NCBI GenBank assembly: GCA_000004985.1 | Contig: GG738901.1 | Direction: 5' to 3' (one strand) | Length of the DNA stretch: 64,000 bases | DNA from: Naegleria gruberi | Taxonomy: Eukaryota | In this document: one piece after another, positions 54,924 to 64,000 of the stretch | Numbering within the stretch: position 1 is the first letter of the stretch | Layout: every line of letters starts with the position of its first letter | Position numbers and translations under genes: made by a program | Notes under the pieces: model-generated | Database searches by the model: none | Seen by the model: the letters and a program-made list of their open reading frames with translations, nothing else | What the model was told of the DNA's origin: nothing

Positions 54924-57110
54924 TTATTTACTACTATACTTTCTGAAACAAATTTCATCCTTGACCTCTGTTGAAAGTCTTGCCAGTGTTTCTCTATTGT
55001 TGAAAAGGTTTTGAATGTTTTCCACTCCAAAGTTGATTAGTCTTTCATAAACTGAATCATTGTAATTTCCTAATTGTTCAAATAATGTGCAAAAATTATC
55101 AATTGTAATTTGTAAATTATTCAAATAGTAATCTATCATTTCCTTTACGTCATAAAGTGCAAAACATTTAAAAAGTGGAAGAGCTTGATTGATTGGAACA
55201 CTGGAAACATCGAAAACTCCATAACAATATTTCAGAACTATCTCATGTAGGTCTTCCGAGAATTCCTCAGTATCAATAACATAAATATCATCCTTCAAGT
55301 CTTGATATTCAAAACCACTATTGAATAGTGCTTCATAGTATGGGCTGTTGGATGCAAGAATTGTTTTGTGTGCATAGAATTCTTTTGTGCCCGTCTTGAT
55401 GGTAATATCGCTTGTTGCTTTGTCGTTGAAGAGTGTTTCAACTGACTTAGTGGTCTTATCTGATGTTTCATCATCATTGATAGTAATTGGATTTATGGTA
55501 GTGGATAGCTTTTTGGCAATCGGCACAAGATGTTTTTGAAATATTGGAATGTCAACTGCGCTTGCCGATTGTTGCATTGTTTTTGCAGCGTGGCCAATAC
55601 AGTAGTCCAGTAATTGGTCTAGCAATGGATTATCAATGAACAAAGGTGCACTGTCTTTAGCTTGTGTAACTTTTTCCAAATTTTTGGAAACTAGTTGAGC
55701 ACAAGATTGACTAAATGATTTTGTAAATTCATCTACCAATTTTCTCTTCAGAGAAGTAAATCCTTTTGACATTCCAAGAATGGCCAAGATATCAACCAAT
55801 TCATACTTGTCAAACCATTCACTATCGTGATATTGTTGGTACATGATTGAATCAATTAAATGTTGAATGATTTCCATTTGAGTGGAAGTTAAGTGTTTCA
55901 ATAAAAAGGAATTGAAAACAATAGATTTAGAGAAATGAGGAGCCAAAATATTAAATACACTCTTACAGCATATCAAGTTAGTTCCATCAACAAGGTCTCT
56001 ATCATACTTTTTCAATTTGAAAGAAAGTGGTTTGAGCAGAGTTGCATGATAGGATCCAACAATTTTCCTAATTCTATTATTTCCAAAATCGCTGAAATAC
56101 ACATCTCCATTCTTTGCATGAACTGCTATTTGACATGGAGAAGAAATCTTTGCATTTATAGCAAGGCCACCATCTCCGTCAAATCCCTTTTCATTGATTC
56201 CACAAACTGTAGTGATTCTTCCATCAATTGGTGAAACTGTACAAATTCTGTTATTGCTTCGATCTGTCACATAGATAATTTGACCTCTAGTGCAAAATGA
56301 AACATCATATGGATAATTCAATTGTGCATCAATACCATCTGAATATCCTGCTTTTCCTGTTCCTGCCAATGTTGTAATGATTCCACTTTTACAATTAACC
56401 TTTCTAACTCTATGATTATTCGAATCCGCAATATAAACATCACCAGTAGTTGGATTAAAATCGAGCCCACTAGGGCCATTAAGTTGAGCATTTGTTGCAA
56501 ATCCACCTTCCCCACAAAATCCAGCAGTTCCATTTCCAGCAAATGTTGAAATAATTCCAGACGAATTAGAAATTCTTCTTATTTTGTTATTAACAAAATC
56601 AATAATATAAATATCAAAAGTTATTGGATGAATCTTGACACACTGTGGAAAATACAATTGAGCAAATAATGCCAACCCACCATCACCTGACGTACCTCCA
56701 GTATTATTACCTGCAACTGTACTTATGGTACCATAGGTTAATGAAATCTTTCTAATTCTATGATTGGAATAATCAGCAATATACAGCTCCTCATTCTTTG
56801 GATGAATTGAAACAGATAATGGACAATTTAATTGAGCATGTAAAGCCAGCCCTCCATCACCTGAATAACCTGCAACTCCAGTACCAGCAATAGTAGTGAT
56901 CTTATTATCCAATGCAGACACTTTACGAATACAATGATTTCTATAATCTGCAATATACACATCATTACTATAGGGATTAACAGCTACACCATATGGAGAG
57001 GAAAGTTTAGCCTCTATTGCTAAACCATTGTCTCCATAGAAACCTTTAATGCCATTACCAGCAATAGTCCAAATTGTTTGTTCCATTCCCTTTGGTGATT
57101 GACGCATCAT
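54924..57110 (-). CDS. NHL-repeat beta-propeller (N-terminal) fused to a BTB/POZ (+BACK-like) C-terminal domain, 728 aa.
   Basis: Six NHL repeats ('YGVAVNPYSNDVYIADYRNHCIRKV', 'CPLSVSIHPKNEELYIADYSNHRIRKI', ...). BTB 'DITIKTGTKEFYAHKTILASNSPYYEALFNSGFEY'. Confidence 0.75.
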   Translation of the reverse strand: MMRQSPKGMEQTIWTIAGNGIKGFYGDNGLAIEAKLSSPYGVAVNPYSNDVYIADYRNHCIRKVSALDNKITTIAGTGVAGYSGDGGLALHAQLNCPLSVSIHPKNEELYIADYSNHRIRKISLTYGTISTVAGNNTGGTSGDGGLALFAQLYFPQCVKIHPITFDIYIIDFVNNKIRRISNSSGIISTFAGNGTAGFCGEGGFATNAQLNGPSGLDFNPTTGDVYIADSNNHRVRKVNCKSGIITTLAGTGKAGYSDGIDAQLNYPYDVSFCTRGQIIYVTDRSNNRICTVSPIDGRITTVCGINEKGFDGDGGLAINAKISSPCQIAVHAKNGDVYFSDFGNNRIRKIVGSYHATLLKPLSFKLKKYDRDLVDGTNLICCKSVFNILAPHFSKSIVFNSFLLKHLTSTQMEIIQHLIDSIMYQQYHDSEWFDKYELVDILAILGMSKGFTSLKRKLVDEFTKSFSQSCAQLVSKNLEKVTQAKDSAPLFIDNPLLDQLLDYCIGHAAKTMQQSASAVDIPIFQKHLVPIAKKLSTTINPITINDDETSDKTTKSVETLFNDKATSDITIKTGTKEFYAHKTILASNSPYYEALFNSGFEYQDLKDDIYVIDTEEFSEDLHEIVLKYCYGVFDVSSVPINQALPLFKCFALYDVKEMIDYYLNNLQITIDNFCTLFEQLGNYNDSVYERLINFGVENIQNLFNNRETLARLSTEVKDEICFRKYSSK

Positions 57111-57373
57111 GATGAATAATTCGGAGGATTATTGAGTTATCTTGCTGTTTTTTTTTAAAGATCATAAAATTTTCACTGTAAGCAAAGGCATTACCATTAT
57201 TTTTTTTTAAAATTTAAAAAATTAATTATTTTGATGATGTAAATGATTGCGTCATTGAATCAAATTACACATGCTAATCTTCTTTAGCAGAGAGAAGAAA
57301 GGATATCGTATACTCTTCATAGTATGGATGAACAAAATTTTATTTGAAGTTTTTTTTTTCGAAAAGAAGAAAA

Positions 57374-58489
57374 ATGAGCGAACAACAAGCAACAACTTCA
57401 TCAACAACAACAGCAACAACTCACCAAGTAGTGAATGGTGTTACAGTCGGATGCCAAGATTCATTCATCAGAATGTACCATCATTTTTCTAGAAAATTTG
57501 ATGATAATAACGGAGAAGATATTCAACCATCAGGTTTACTTGTAGGACATCTCAAGCCTGTTTCTGCATTGGATTCTGTTTGTTTTGGTTCTTCGGAGAA
57601 TGCCAAACATCGTATTGTTAGTGGTGGTTGGGATGGTGATGTTAGAGTCTTTGATGCCAACAGTATGGAATGTCTTGTCTTGTTGGAAAATACTTCAAAA
57701 CCACCAGAAGAAATTGAAAGTCCTCATGACACACTCACAGTTAAAGGAAAGGGTCACTCTATGGAAGTTTTAGCTGTTTCTCATGCCAAGTTGGGAGCTG
57801 AAGAAGCATTGTTGGTTACAGGTGGTATGGATTCAACAGTTAGAGTGTGGAAATGGAGAACTACTGAAGATGCTAGAGTTGATGAAATTAATTATGAAAC
57901 AACTTTGAATCATCGTGAAGGAAAGGAAGATATTGGAGTTTGGAGTTTAACTGTTGATACAGGTGCTTCCAATCCAGTTGTTTATTCATCATGTTTACAC
58001 GATGGTATGATTAGAGGATATGATATCACCACACAAAAATTAGTAGCCAAAATGAAATTGCACACCAGTGATGTTCGTCACGTTAAAGTTACTGACCTCC
58101 AATCAAAGGCCACTTTAATTTCATGCTCATCCGATAAGAGTATTAAATGTGTTGATTTGAGAGGTAACAAGGTTTCAATGAGAGCTGAAAATGTTTCAAC
58201 AAATACTGTCATGCACTTTTCTTTGGACGATAATAATAACATGCTCTATTGTGCTGATAATGCTGGATGTATCCGTAGTTTGGACACTAGAATGGGATTA
58301 AAGAAGGTTGATGAAGTTAAGAATGCTCATCGTGGTGGTATTACAAAAATTGTTTACAATAAGGGACTTATTTATACAGGTGGTGGTGCTGATAAGGTTG
58401 TGAGAGTATGGGATGCCAATAAGAGACTTGCTCCTGTTGCTTTTGTTCCAGTTAATGATGCTATTTTCTCCATGGCAAAATTACATTAA
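57374..58489 (+). CDS. WD40-repeat protein of 371 aa.
   Basis: 'SGGWDGDVRVFD', 'TGGMDSTVRVWKW', 'SCSSDKSIKCVDL', 'TGGGADKVVRVWD'. Confidence 0.75.
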   Translation: MSEQQATTSSTTTATTHQVVNGVTVGCQDSFIRMYHHFSRKFDDNNGEDIQPSGLLVGHLKPVSALDSVCFGSSENAKHRIVSGGWDGDVRVFDANSMECLVLLENTSKPPEEIESPHDTLTVKGKGHSMEVLAVSHAKLGAEEALLVTGGMDSTVRVWKWRTTEDARVDEINYETTLNHREGKEDIGVWSLTVDTGASNPVVYSSCLHDGMIRGYDITTQKLVAKMKLHTSDVRHVKVTDLQSKATLISCSSDKSIKCVDLRGNKVSMRAENVSTNTVMHFSLDDNNNMLYCADNAGCIRSLDTRMGLKKVDEVKNAHRGGITKIVYNKGLIYTGGGADKVVRVWDANKRLAPVAFVPVNDAIFSMAKLH

Positions 58490-58754
58490 AAACATTTTTG
58501 AAATTTTAAATAATAATTCACTTATTTAATGAGATCTTCCATAGACCTCCTACACCATTTTACAAATTTTAATGAACTCATTGTACAAATCAGATCATTA
58601 AGGAGCCATTTAGTAAAATGATCCTAACCCAACAAGTTGCTACAAAATTACCAAATTAATTCATATTGTCGCCATGTATTCACATTGTACAGTACTCATT
58701 CCCAATATAAATTGTAAAGCCACATACCTTTTAGAAACAAATTCAACAAAAAAA

Positions 58755-60029
58755 ATGTCTTTGCTATTCTACATTCCGATTGGCATACTTTCGGGAATGG
58801 CACTGTGGTCACTCTACCTGCGAATTTTCAAAAAGTTATCCCTCCCTGCACAAATTACACGATTAGTATTTCACTCCTTCCGATTGCAAATGAAATATTG
58901 GAAGGGAGCTAAAACGATGAGAGAAGGTGATTCATCACTGAAGAATTTATCGGAGGAAGAGTTGAGTTTGATGAACATGATGGATACACTGATTGGAAAA
59001 TTCGATTCGGAGGAGAATAAAAATCTTTATGTGGATAATGATTTTATGGATAAGAATAAGAAAAGAGAAGAGATTATTGATGAAATTATCAAATTCAGAA
59101 CAAGCTTGCCTGGAGGAATACATCAATCGAAGGCTGGTCCTTTTTACCTTCCAGATGAAAAGATCTTTTTGAGAGAGACCTTTGAATTACCTAACAAGCA
59201 TCCTAGTATCTATTTCAATTTCCATGATAAACTTGAAGAGAGTAAGAGAAATTCAATTTGTAACAAGTTTGGAAGAGTTGCACTGATTCATTTCCATGGA
59301 GGAGGATACTTGATGGGAGAACCTTCAACTTGCTATACTTTGGAGAATATTTGCTCAACCAATGGATTTGATTTGTTTGGAGTGGATTATAGTTTGTATC
59401 CAGAGCATACTATTGAGGATGCTATCGAGGATGCATTCAAGGCATTCAAGTGGCTAGTTGATGAAAAGGGTGCTAAGCATGTGATTAGTATTGGTGAGAG
59501 CGCTGGAGGACACTTGGCCACAATGTTGGTCGATAGAATAGCTCAGGAAAGACAACAAAATGGATTGGATGACAAGTATAATTGTATTGTAGGAGTTATT
59601 GGATTATCACCTTGGTGTGACGTTACAATGACAAGTCCTGGAATGTGTGATGCAAAACATGTTGATAGAGCCCTTCCAAACAAGGCCCTTAATCAATTCA
59701 AAAAATGGGGAATTCCATTAGGATTTAATCAACTTGAAAGAGGTAAAAATCTATCTCCAAACTATTTCTCAAAGGATAGAATTGATAGAATGAAGGATAT
59801 AACCAATAGATTCCTCTTTTCTTATAGTAGAAATGAACGTTTGACTTTGGAGATTGACAAATTTATTTCAATTTTGAACAAGAATAATTTCAGTGTAGAA
59901 AAGCACGTTGAAACTATTCCTTTCCACTGCTTCCATATCTTTTGTGATTTCATTCCAGCCATCTTCTCAAAGTTGGAATCTCAAATTGTTTCATTCATTG
60001 AAAAAGGAGTTCAACAATCTCAAAAATAA
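58755..60029 (+). CDS. Alpha/beta-hydrolase fold-3 esterase/lipase (HSL/AADAC-like) of 424 aa with an N-terminal TM anchor.
   Basis: TM 'LFYIPIGILSGMALWSLYLRIF'. Oxyanion 'HFHGGGYLMG'. Nucleophile elbow 'GESAGGHLA'. Confidence 0.8.
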   Translation: MSLLFYIPIGILSGMALWSLYLRIFKKLSLPAQITRLVFHSFRLQMKYWKGAKTMREGDSSLKNLSEEELSLMNMMDTLIGKFDSEENKNLYVDNDFMDKNKKREEIIDEIIKFRTSLPGGIHQSKAGPFYLPDEKIFLRETFELPNKHPSIYFNFHDKLEESKRNSICNKFGRVALIHFHGGGYLMGEPSTCYTLENICSTNGFDLFGVDYSLYPEHTIEDAIEDAFKAFKWLVDEKGAKHVISIGESAGGHLATMLVDRIAQERQQNGLDDKYNCIVGVIGLSPWCDVTMTSPGMCDAKHVDRALPNKALNQFKKWGIPLGFNQLERGKNLSPNYFSKDRIDRMKDITNRFLFSYSRNERLTLEIDKFISILNKNNFSVEKHVETIPFHCFHIFCDFIPAIFSKLESQIVSFIEKGVQQSQK

Positions 60030-60891
60030 ATTGTTGCAACGATTAACTGTAAATATTAACAAACTGATTGAAACGGATATATTATTTTTATTCTCAATTC
60101 TCATCTCAATATTGACTGAGCAACACCAATGTCATTGTTTTGATTGAATCTGAATTTAAATTGCAAGTCTACTGAGGCGTTGAAGAAAATTGTTGAATCA
60201 ATGAATCAGCATGACTATTGATGACGTTGCATATCATGTGTGAATAAAAATATAATTTAGTAACTTTACCATTATCATCTTTTCAATCAAAATTGAATCG
60301 GAGTTGAAGAGATTTTCAATGTTGGAAAACCTCATTGTAAAATGCAAACTAGTTTACAATTTCTTTCAAAGATATGTACTGTGTAAAATTGAATGTCAAT
60401 TTAATGGACCAACATTGATCCTTAATTCAATTTCAAAATCAATTTCCATCCTTGTTCAAACTTTCTTGAGAAGTATACACGTGGAATTGCAATAGTAATT
60501 TTCCTCTTGCTTCCACTTCAATTTACAAAACAACGTTGGCCCGCCAAAAAAACAAGTTTAAAAATAAAACTAACGACTAGATCCGCTGATAAAGCCACTT
60601 CGCGCTGGAAAAGTATTTGATTAAAAATCTAAAAAAAAACCTATCAATTCTACTCCTCGATTTGTCAAAGTGCGGAAAGGCCAAACGTTTTTCAAATTCT
60701 CCAGAGCCTTTTCTCCATCATCATCTTTGTTCGGTAAACAACAACGATCATTTTCAGTTTCATTCATTGGTCGCCTCTCTTTTAGTAGTTCTATTTCAAT
60801 ACAATAGTATAGATATTAAAATATATTGAACAACATCCTTTCCCATTCTCTCCCATTCAAATTCTGTCACCCATTTTCCCATAGTTTTATA

Positions 60892-61542
60892 ATGATTTTA
60901 CGTTATCCTCCACTTCAACAACAAACAAATTCATCATCTTGTTCCCTTTTCCCTTCCCAATTTGATTCTCCCTTCCCGGTAATGAATAGCAATACCAATA
61001 ATACCAGTAATTTTATTTCATTTATTCATCACTCAACTGAGATTGAAAATGAAAACAACTCCTCACTAATGAATGACGAACCACCATGCACTCCTTGTTC
61101 TACATGGTTGTCACTAACTTCTCTCCACCAACTCTCTTTCAATTCTAATAATAACCTCAATCCTAATTGTAACACATCTGATATGACTAGTTTATCCTCC
61201 TCCACAACCACCACCACTTCATGTACCATTAGTAGTAATTCTAATGAATCCCAACTTATGCCTCCTCCACCTTCATTCCAATTCCCAACCTCAATTCCCT
61301 CAAACATTTCAGCAAAAGACTTATTTGAAGAAGAGTTTCGTTTGAAATGTAGCAAGTATAGAAAAGTCAATGAAGCCACCAGAAGTGTGAGCTCTCTCAC
61401 TCCTTGCAGTTCTTCCTCAGCTAAATCATTGGATAGCAATGAAAAATCTTCACAAGATATGGAACCATCAACCAGTAATAACAGCCCACAACAACTGAAA
61501 ATATCAATGCAGCAACTGCTACCATTGTATCAAAAGTATTGA
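60892..61542 (+). CDS. Hypothetical S/T/N/P-rich low-complexity protein of about 216 aa.
   Basis: ORF with compositional bias only. The start is assigned to the first ATG in frame. Confidence 0.35.
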   Translation: MILRYPPLQQQTNSSSCSLFPSQFDSPFPVMNSNTNNTSNFISFIHHSTEIENENNSSLMNDEPPCTPCSTWLSLTSLHQLSFNSNNNLNPNCNTSDMTSLSSSTTTTTSCTISSNSNESQLMPPPPSFQFPTSIPSNISAKDLFEEEFRLKCSKYRKVNEATRSVSSLTPCSSSSAKSLDSNEKSSQDMEPSTSNNSPQQLKISMQQLLPLYQKY

Positions 61543-61790
61543 GCAATGTCCTCTCCAAGAGCAGTGAATTGAAACAAAAAAAGATTCAAAAAAGATCAGG
61601 ATTCAAGAGACAGGACATTCCTCGATTGGTTATCCCATCCGACCAATCCTCAGCAATATTTGTTAAACATTGTTCTTTACAAACTGGAAAGAAACAATAA
61701 ATGATTTTACCAAACTTTCTGAAATAATAACTCGTAAATTTATTCAAGTTATATCTCATCTTTAGAGATTATGAAACCAAAATTAAAAAA

Positions 61791-62804
61791 ATGAAACTAA
61801 ATCTTTTAGTAGAAATTCCCTCAGAAGTATTTGAGTTTGTTGTTTGCAAGTTTTTAGATACCAAGACACTCTTCTCCCTAATGAAGATCAACAAGAGGAT
61901 GAGAGATATTCTCCTTTCTTCATCTATTATTTGGGAAAATACACTCCGGTCCATGATCAATAACCAAGAGGAAACTTTTACAGTATCGGAGAAAGAAATG
62001 AATATTGGGAGAGTGCTGAAGAAATTACTCGATGAATTTTTAGATCAAATTAAAGAATTTAAAAACAATGGATTGATCAAGGGAATTTTACATTATTTGA
62101 ATGAGAATGAGTTCAAGACATTGTATGAGGAGCATTGTGAAAATGCCTACTTTTTCTTATATTGTTTGTTTAGAGCCTTTTCATTTGATAAGAGTGGATT
62201 TCCAAAGAGAATACCTCTTAAATCGAGAGAGGATGAAGTTCATTATTCACTTGTTGATTTCACAAATAATGACCACTGCTTTCATTCTTGCCACACGATC
62301 TTGAATGGTGATTGGGAGACTTGTAGAGCTAGAAAGAATTTACTGAAACATTTCAGATATTATTGGGCAATTCACTTAACAAATTACCATGAAGAAGTGT
62401 CGAATGCATGGATAACTCTTGTGGGAGTGGATGGCTTTGAAAATCAGCCTAGAAATCAAGACAGTTACTCTCTACACTATTATCTTGGTTGTGGAAAATC
62501 AAGAGGAAGAGGATATTGTGTTAATACTCACTCCAAACATTCTGATGGAACATGTGCCTATACTATTTCTAATATTAATTCCGAAGGAGATGTAATTGGC
62601 GTGGAATACTTTCAACAAGAGAGAACAATTAGCATGAAATTCTACTCACAATTTGGTAATGTAATTGTATCGTACGAATATGATCTGAAAGAGAGTGAAG
62701 ATATTTCAGATTTCAGACCAGCAGTTTCAATAGTTTCCCGAATATCTGCCTCAATCATTCCTTGGGATGGCTCTATTGAAACTTTACAAAAATTAAAACA
62801 GTAA
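61791..62804 (+). CDS. F-box protein of 337 aa.
   Basis: 'LLVEIPSEVFEFVVCKFLDTKTLFSLMKINKRMRDIL' is an F-box. The C-terminus has Cys/His-rich patches. Confidence 0.6.
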   Translation: MKLNLLVEIPSEVFEFVVCKFLDTKTLFSLMKINKRMRDILLSSSIIWENTLRSMINNQEETFTVSEKEMNIGRVLKKLLDEFLDQIKEFKNNGLIKGILHYLNENEFKTLYEEHCENAYFFLYCLFRAFSFDKSGFPKRIPLKSREDEVHYSLVDFTNNDHCFHSCHTILNGDWETCRARKNLLKHFRYYWAIHLTNYHEEVSNAWITLVGVDGFENQPRNQDSYSLHYYLGCGKSRGRGYCVNTHSKHSDGTCAYTISNINSEGDVIGVEYFQQERTISMKFYSQFGNVIVSYEYDLKESEDISDFRPAVSIVSRISASIIPWDGSIETLQKLKQ

Positions 62805-62990
62805 AATAAATAAAAAAACCAAAATAAATTTAAAATTCAACAAGAAAAAATGCAAAAGCCCGTAGAGAAGCTATCTACTCTGTTTCGCATGATGACAAAA
62901 TTCTAATCATGATCGCTGCACAATGACGCAGTAATATTAAAGTTTGAGAACTGAGAGGCTCTTTTTGTTAATCTATTTTGAAGCTTTTTC

Positions 62991-63029
62991 GTTCCGTATC
63001 AATCTAATTTAACTAGATTGATACGGAAC
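62991..63029. repeat. Perfect 16-bp inverted repeat (hairpin) with a 7-nt loop in the intergenic region between two + strand genes.
   Basis: GTTCCGTATCAATCTA-atttaac-TAGATTGATACGGAAC, preceded by a T-run. It lies ~190 bp after the stop at 62804 and ~155 bp before the ATG at 63184. Confidence 0.6.
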
Positions 63030-63183
63030 CTATTAGGAAGGAGTTTCACTTTGTTTTTGTGAAAGAACAAATCGGTTACGATTGAAGATTTGGATACAAG
63101 TTATTTATGGATGTTCTCCACTGGGAGATGATTTGGATTCGTTGGAGCTGGCACTACACCAATCCAAAGGAAAAAATAAGACA

Positions 63184-64000
63184 ATGGTGCTCATTGTTAG
63201 AAAGATCAACCCTTATGAATCGTGCGGTCAACTTTATGTTTCCAACACAAAAGCACAACCAAAACAGAAGAAGCAAGAGAAGGAAAAGAATTATGATTTG
63301 GTAATTAATGTAAATCCAAATCGTCAATCCTCAAGAGGACGATCGAAAACTGAAACAACAGACACAACCACTCAATCGGAAAATACTCTCACATTTTCGA
63401 GTATGGCTCTGAGTAGAAGAAAGAGACACGAACAAGGACTTGATAGACACGTATTTCAGAACATTCCATATCCATTTCCCAACCCACAAGAGAAACAAAA
63501 GAAACAATCGAAAAATGGATTCATTTCAAGCTTTTTGAAAGGTAGTCGTTCTAAAAGTACGGATGGTGAAATGGAAATAATGTCCATCAAACGAGACAAT
63601 CATTTTCAATCCATGATTGGTATTTTGGCGCAATTAAGGGCTGTTTGTAAAGTTACCATGGAAATTTCTGCAGAGCTTACTACTGAAGTCAATCGAATTG
63701 GTAACAAGATTGTATCCATTAATCACAGATTAGAGGCAGCCAGAAGAAAGACTCTATTCCACACATCAGTGAAGACCAAAACTAATAATACTGAACCAAG
63801 CTCGAGTGAGAGTAGAATTCATAGACTTGCCACTAAGGAGCATGAGCGAGCCAAACAAAATACCTTAGGTCGGTATCCAGATCCACCTCTTCCGAATGCA
63901 TCATCAACCCAAAGGTCAATAATAGGAATACCCGAGGCACTCAAACACAGATACGATAAGAGATGTCACAAGGACCCACAATTCCATTCTTCCTCAGATG
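63184..64000 (+). CDS. 5' part of a hypothetical basic/Ser-rich protein. The ORF runs off the window end.
   Basis: The frame is open from 63037 to 64000 with an ATG at 63184. It is not in the ORF track because it has no stop inside the window. Predicted helical/coiled segment 'MIGILAQLRAVCKVTMEISAELTTEVNRIGNKIVSINHRLEAARRK'. ORF 63107..63304 overlaps in another frame and is probably spurious. Confidence 0.45.
   Translation, partial: MVLIVRKINPYESCGQLYVSNTKAQPKQKKQEKEKNYDLVINVNPNRQSSRGRSKTETTDTTTQSENTLTFSSMALSRRKRHEQGLDRHVFQNIPYPFPNPQEKQKKQSKNGFISSFLKGSRSKSTDGEMEIMSIKRDNHFQSMIGILAQLRAVCKVTMEISAELTTEVNRIGNKIVSINHRLEAARRKTLFHTSVKTKTNNTEPSSSESRIHRLATKEHERAKQNTLGRYPDPPLPNASSTQRSIIGIPEALKHRYDKRCHKDPQFHSSSD

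Noticed and set aside
63107-63304. 65-aa ORF followed by GTAATT, which looked like the first exon of the downstream gene.
   Set aside because: Splicing to any nearby AG creates a stop (TG+A). The long frame that is open from 63037 to the window end carries its own ATG at 63184, so this small ORF is probably spurious.
1-64000. A prokaryotic accessory or defence island (STAND NTPase, UvrD helicase, serpin and OTU are all common in bacterial defence loci).
   Set aside because: There are no Shine-Dalgarno sequences and no operon structure. Conserved domains are interrupted by GT..AG introns with polypyrimidine tracts. The tRNAs lack CCA and have Pol III T-run terminators. Rho GTPase, F-box, BTB, Zn2Cys6 and WD40 proteins are eukaryotic. 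The genes are therefore called as a eukaryotic nuclear locus.
1-64000. A giant-virus (mimivirus-like) origin, suggested by the AT-rich dense coding, tRNAs, serpin, UvrD helicase and F-box/LRR/BTB repeat proteins.
   Set aside because: There are multiple spliceosomal introns, including three in one Rho gene. There are A-run Kozak contexts rather than viral early/late promoter motifs. There are no capsid, packaging ATPase, viral polymerase or transcription-factor genes in 64 kb.
1-64000. CRISPR arrays, rRNA genes, transposons or retroelements.
   Set aside because: There are no regularly spaced direct repeats. There is no rRNA-like conserved segment. There are no ORFs with reverse transcriptase (YxDD), integrase/DDE transposase or tyrosine recombinase motifs. 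The only repeats are protein-level tandem repeats (DUF4116, NHL, LRR, Sel1) and one 16-bp palindrome.

Overview
This window is nuclear DNA from an AT-rich, gene-dense, intron-poor microbial eukaryote. It is not a prokaryote and not a giant virus.

Evidence for a eukaryotic nuclear origin:
- Several conserved domains are split by short spliceosomal introns of about 38-172 nt. Donors are GTAAGT, GTAGGT, GTATGC, GTAAT or GTTAGT, and acceptors are YAG after a pyrimidine/T-rich run. Removing them restores conserved motifs: the AAA_16 'FLDDLQW' box, the Zn2Cys6 cluster, the OTU Cys/His boxes, the Rho 'GQEDYDRLRPL' segment, NHL repeats and a PLP-decarboxylase.
- Two tRNA genes, Glu-UUC (+) and Leu-CAA (-), lack an encoded CCA and are followed by T-runs.
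- Almost every start codon is preceded by an A7-9 run.
- There is no Shine-Dalgarno spacing and no operon structure.

The host could be a heterolobosean, a dictyostelid-like amoeba or an early-diverging fungus. I cannot decide between them from sequence alone.

I model about 35 protein genes (~1 per 1.8 kb), mostly single-exon. By family:
- A ~2212-aa Ser/Thr-kinase / STAND P-loop NTPase / TPR-like / class III adenylyl-guanylyl cyclase fusion (4 exons).
- An LRR protein, a UvrD-type SF1 helicase, a RING/B-box/coiled-coil (TRIM-like) gene, a group II PLP decarboxylase and a serpin with a polybasic reactive loop.
- Three DUF4116-repeat proteins, one ending in a ubiquitin-like domain that terminates exactly at RGG.
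- Five to six F-box proteins, including F-box/LRR and F-box/LRR/Sel1 types.
- An FAD monooxygenase, a secreted LRR protein and a Rho/Rac GTPase with 5 exons, two of which appear to be 4-nt and 1-nt micro-exons.
- A Gal4-type Zn2Cys6 regulator.
- A divergently arranged pair of small DEG/ENaC/ASIC-like channel genes.
- An OTU deubiquitinase.
- A secreted NHL-repeat/EGF protein and an NHL-repeat/BTB protein.
- A WD40 protein and an HGGG/GxSxG esterase.

I found no rRNA, CRISPR array or recognisable transposon.
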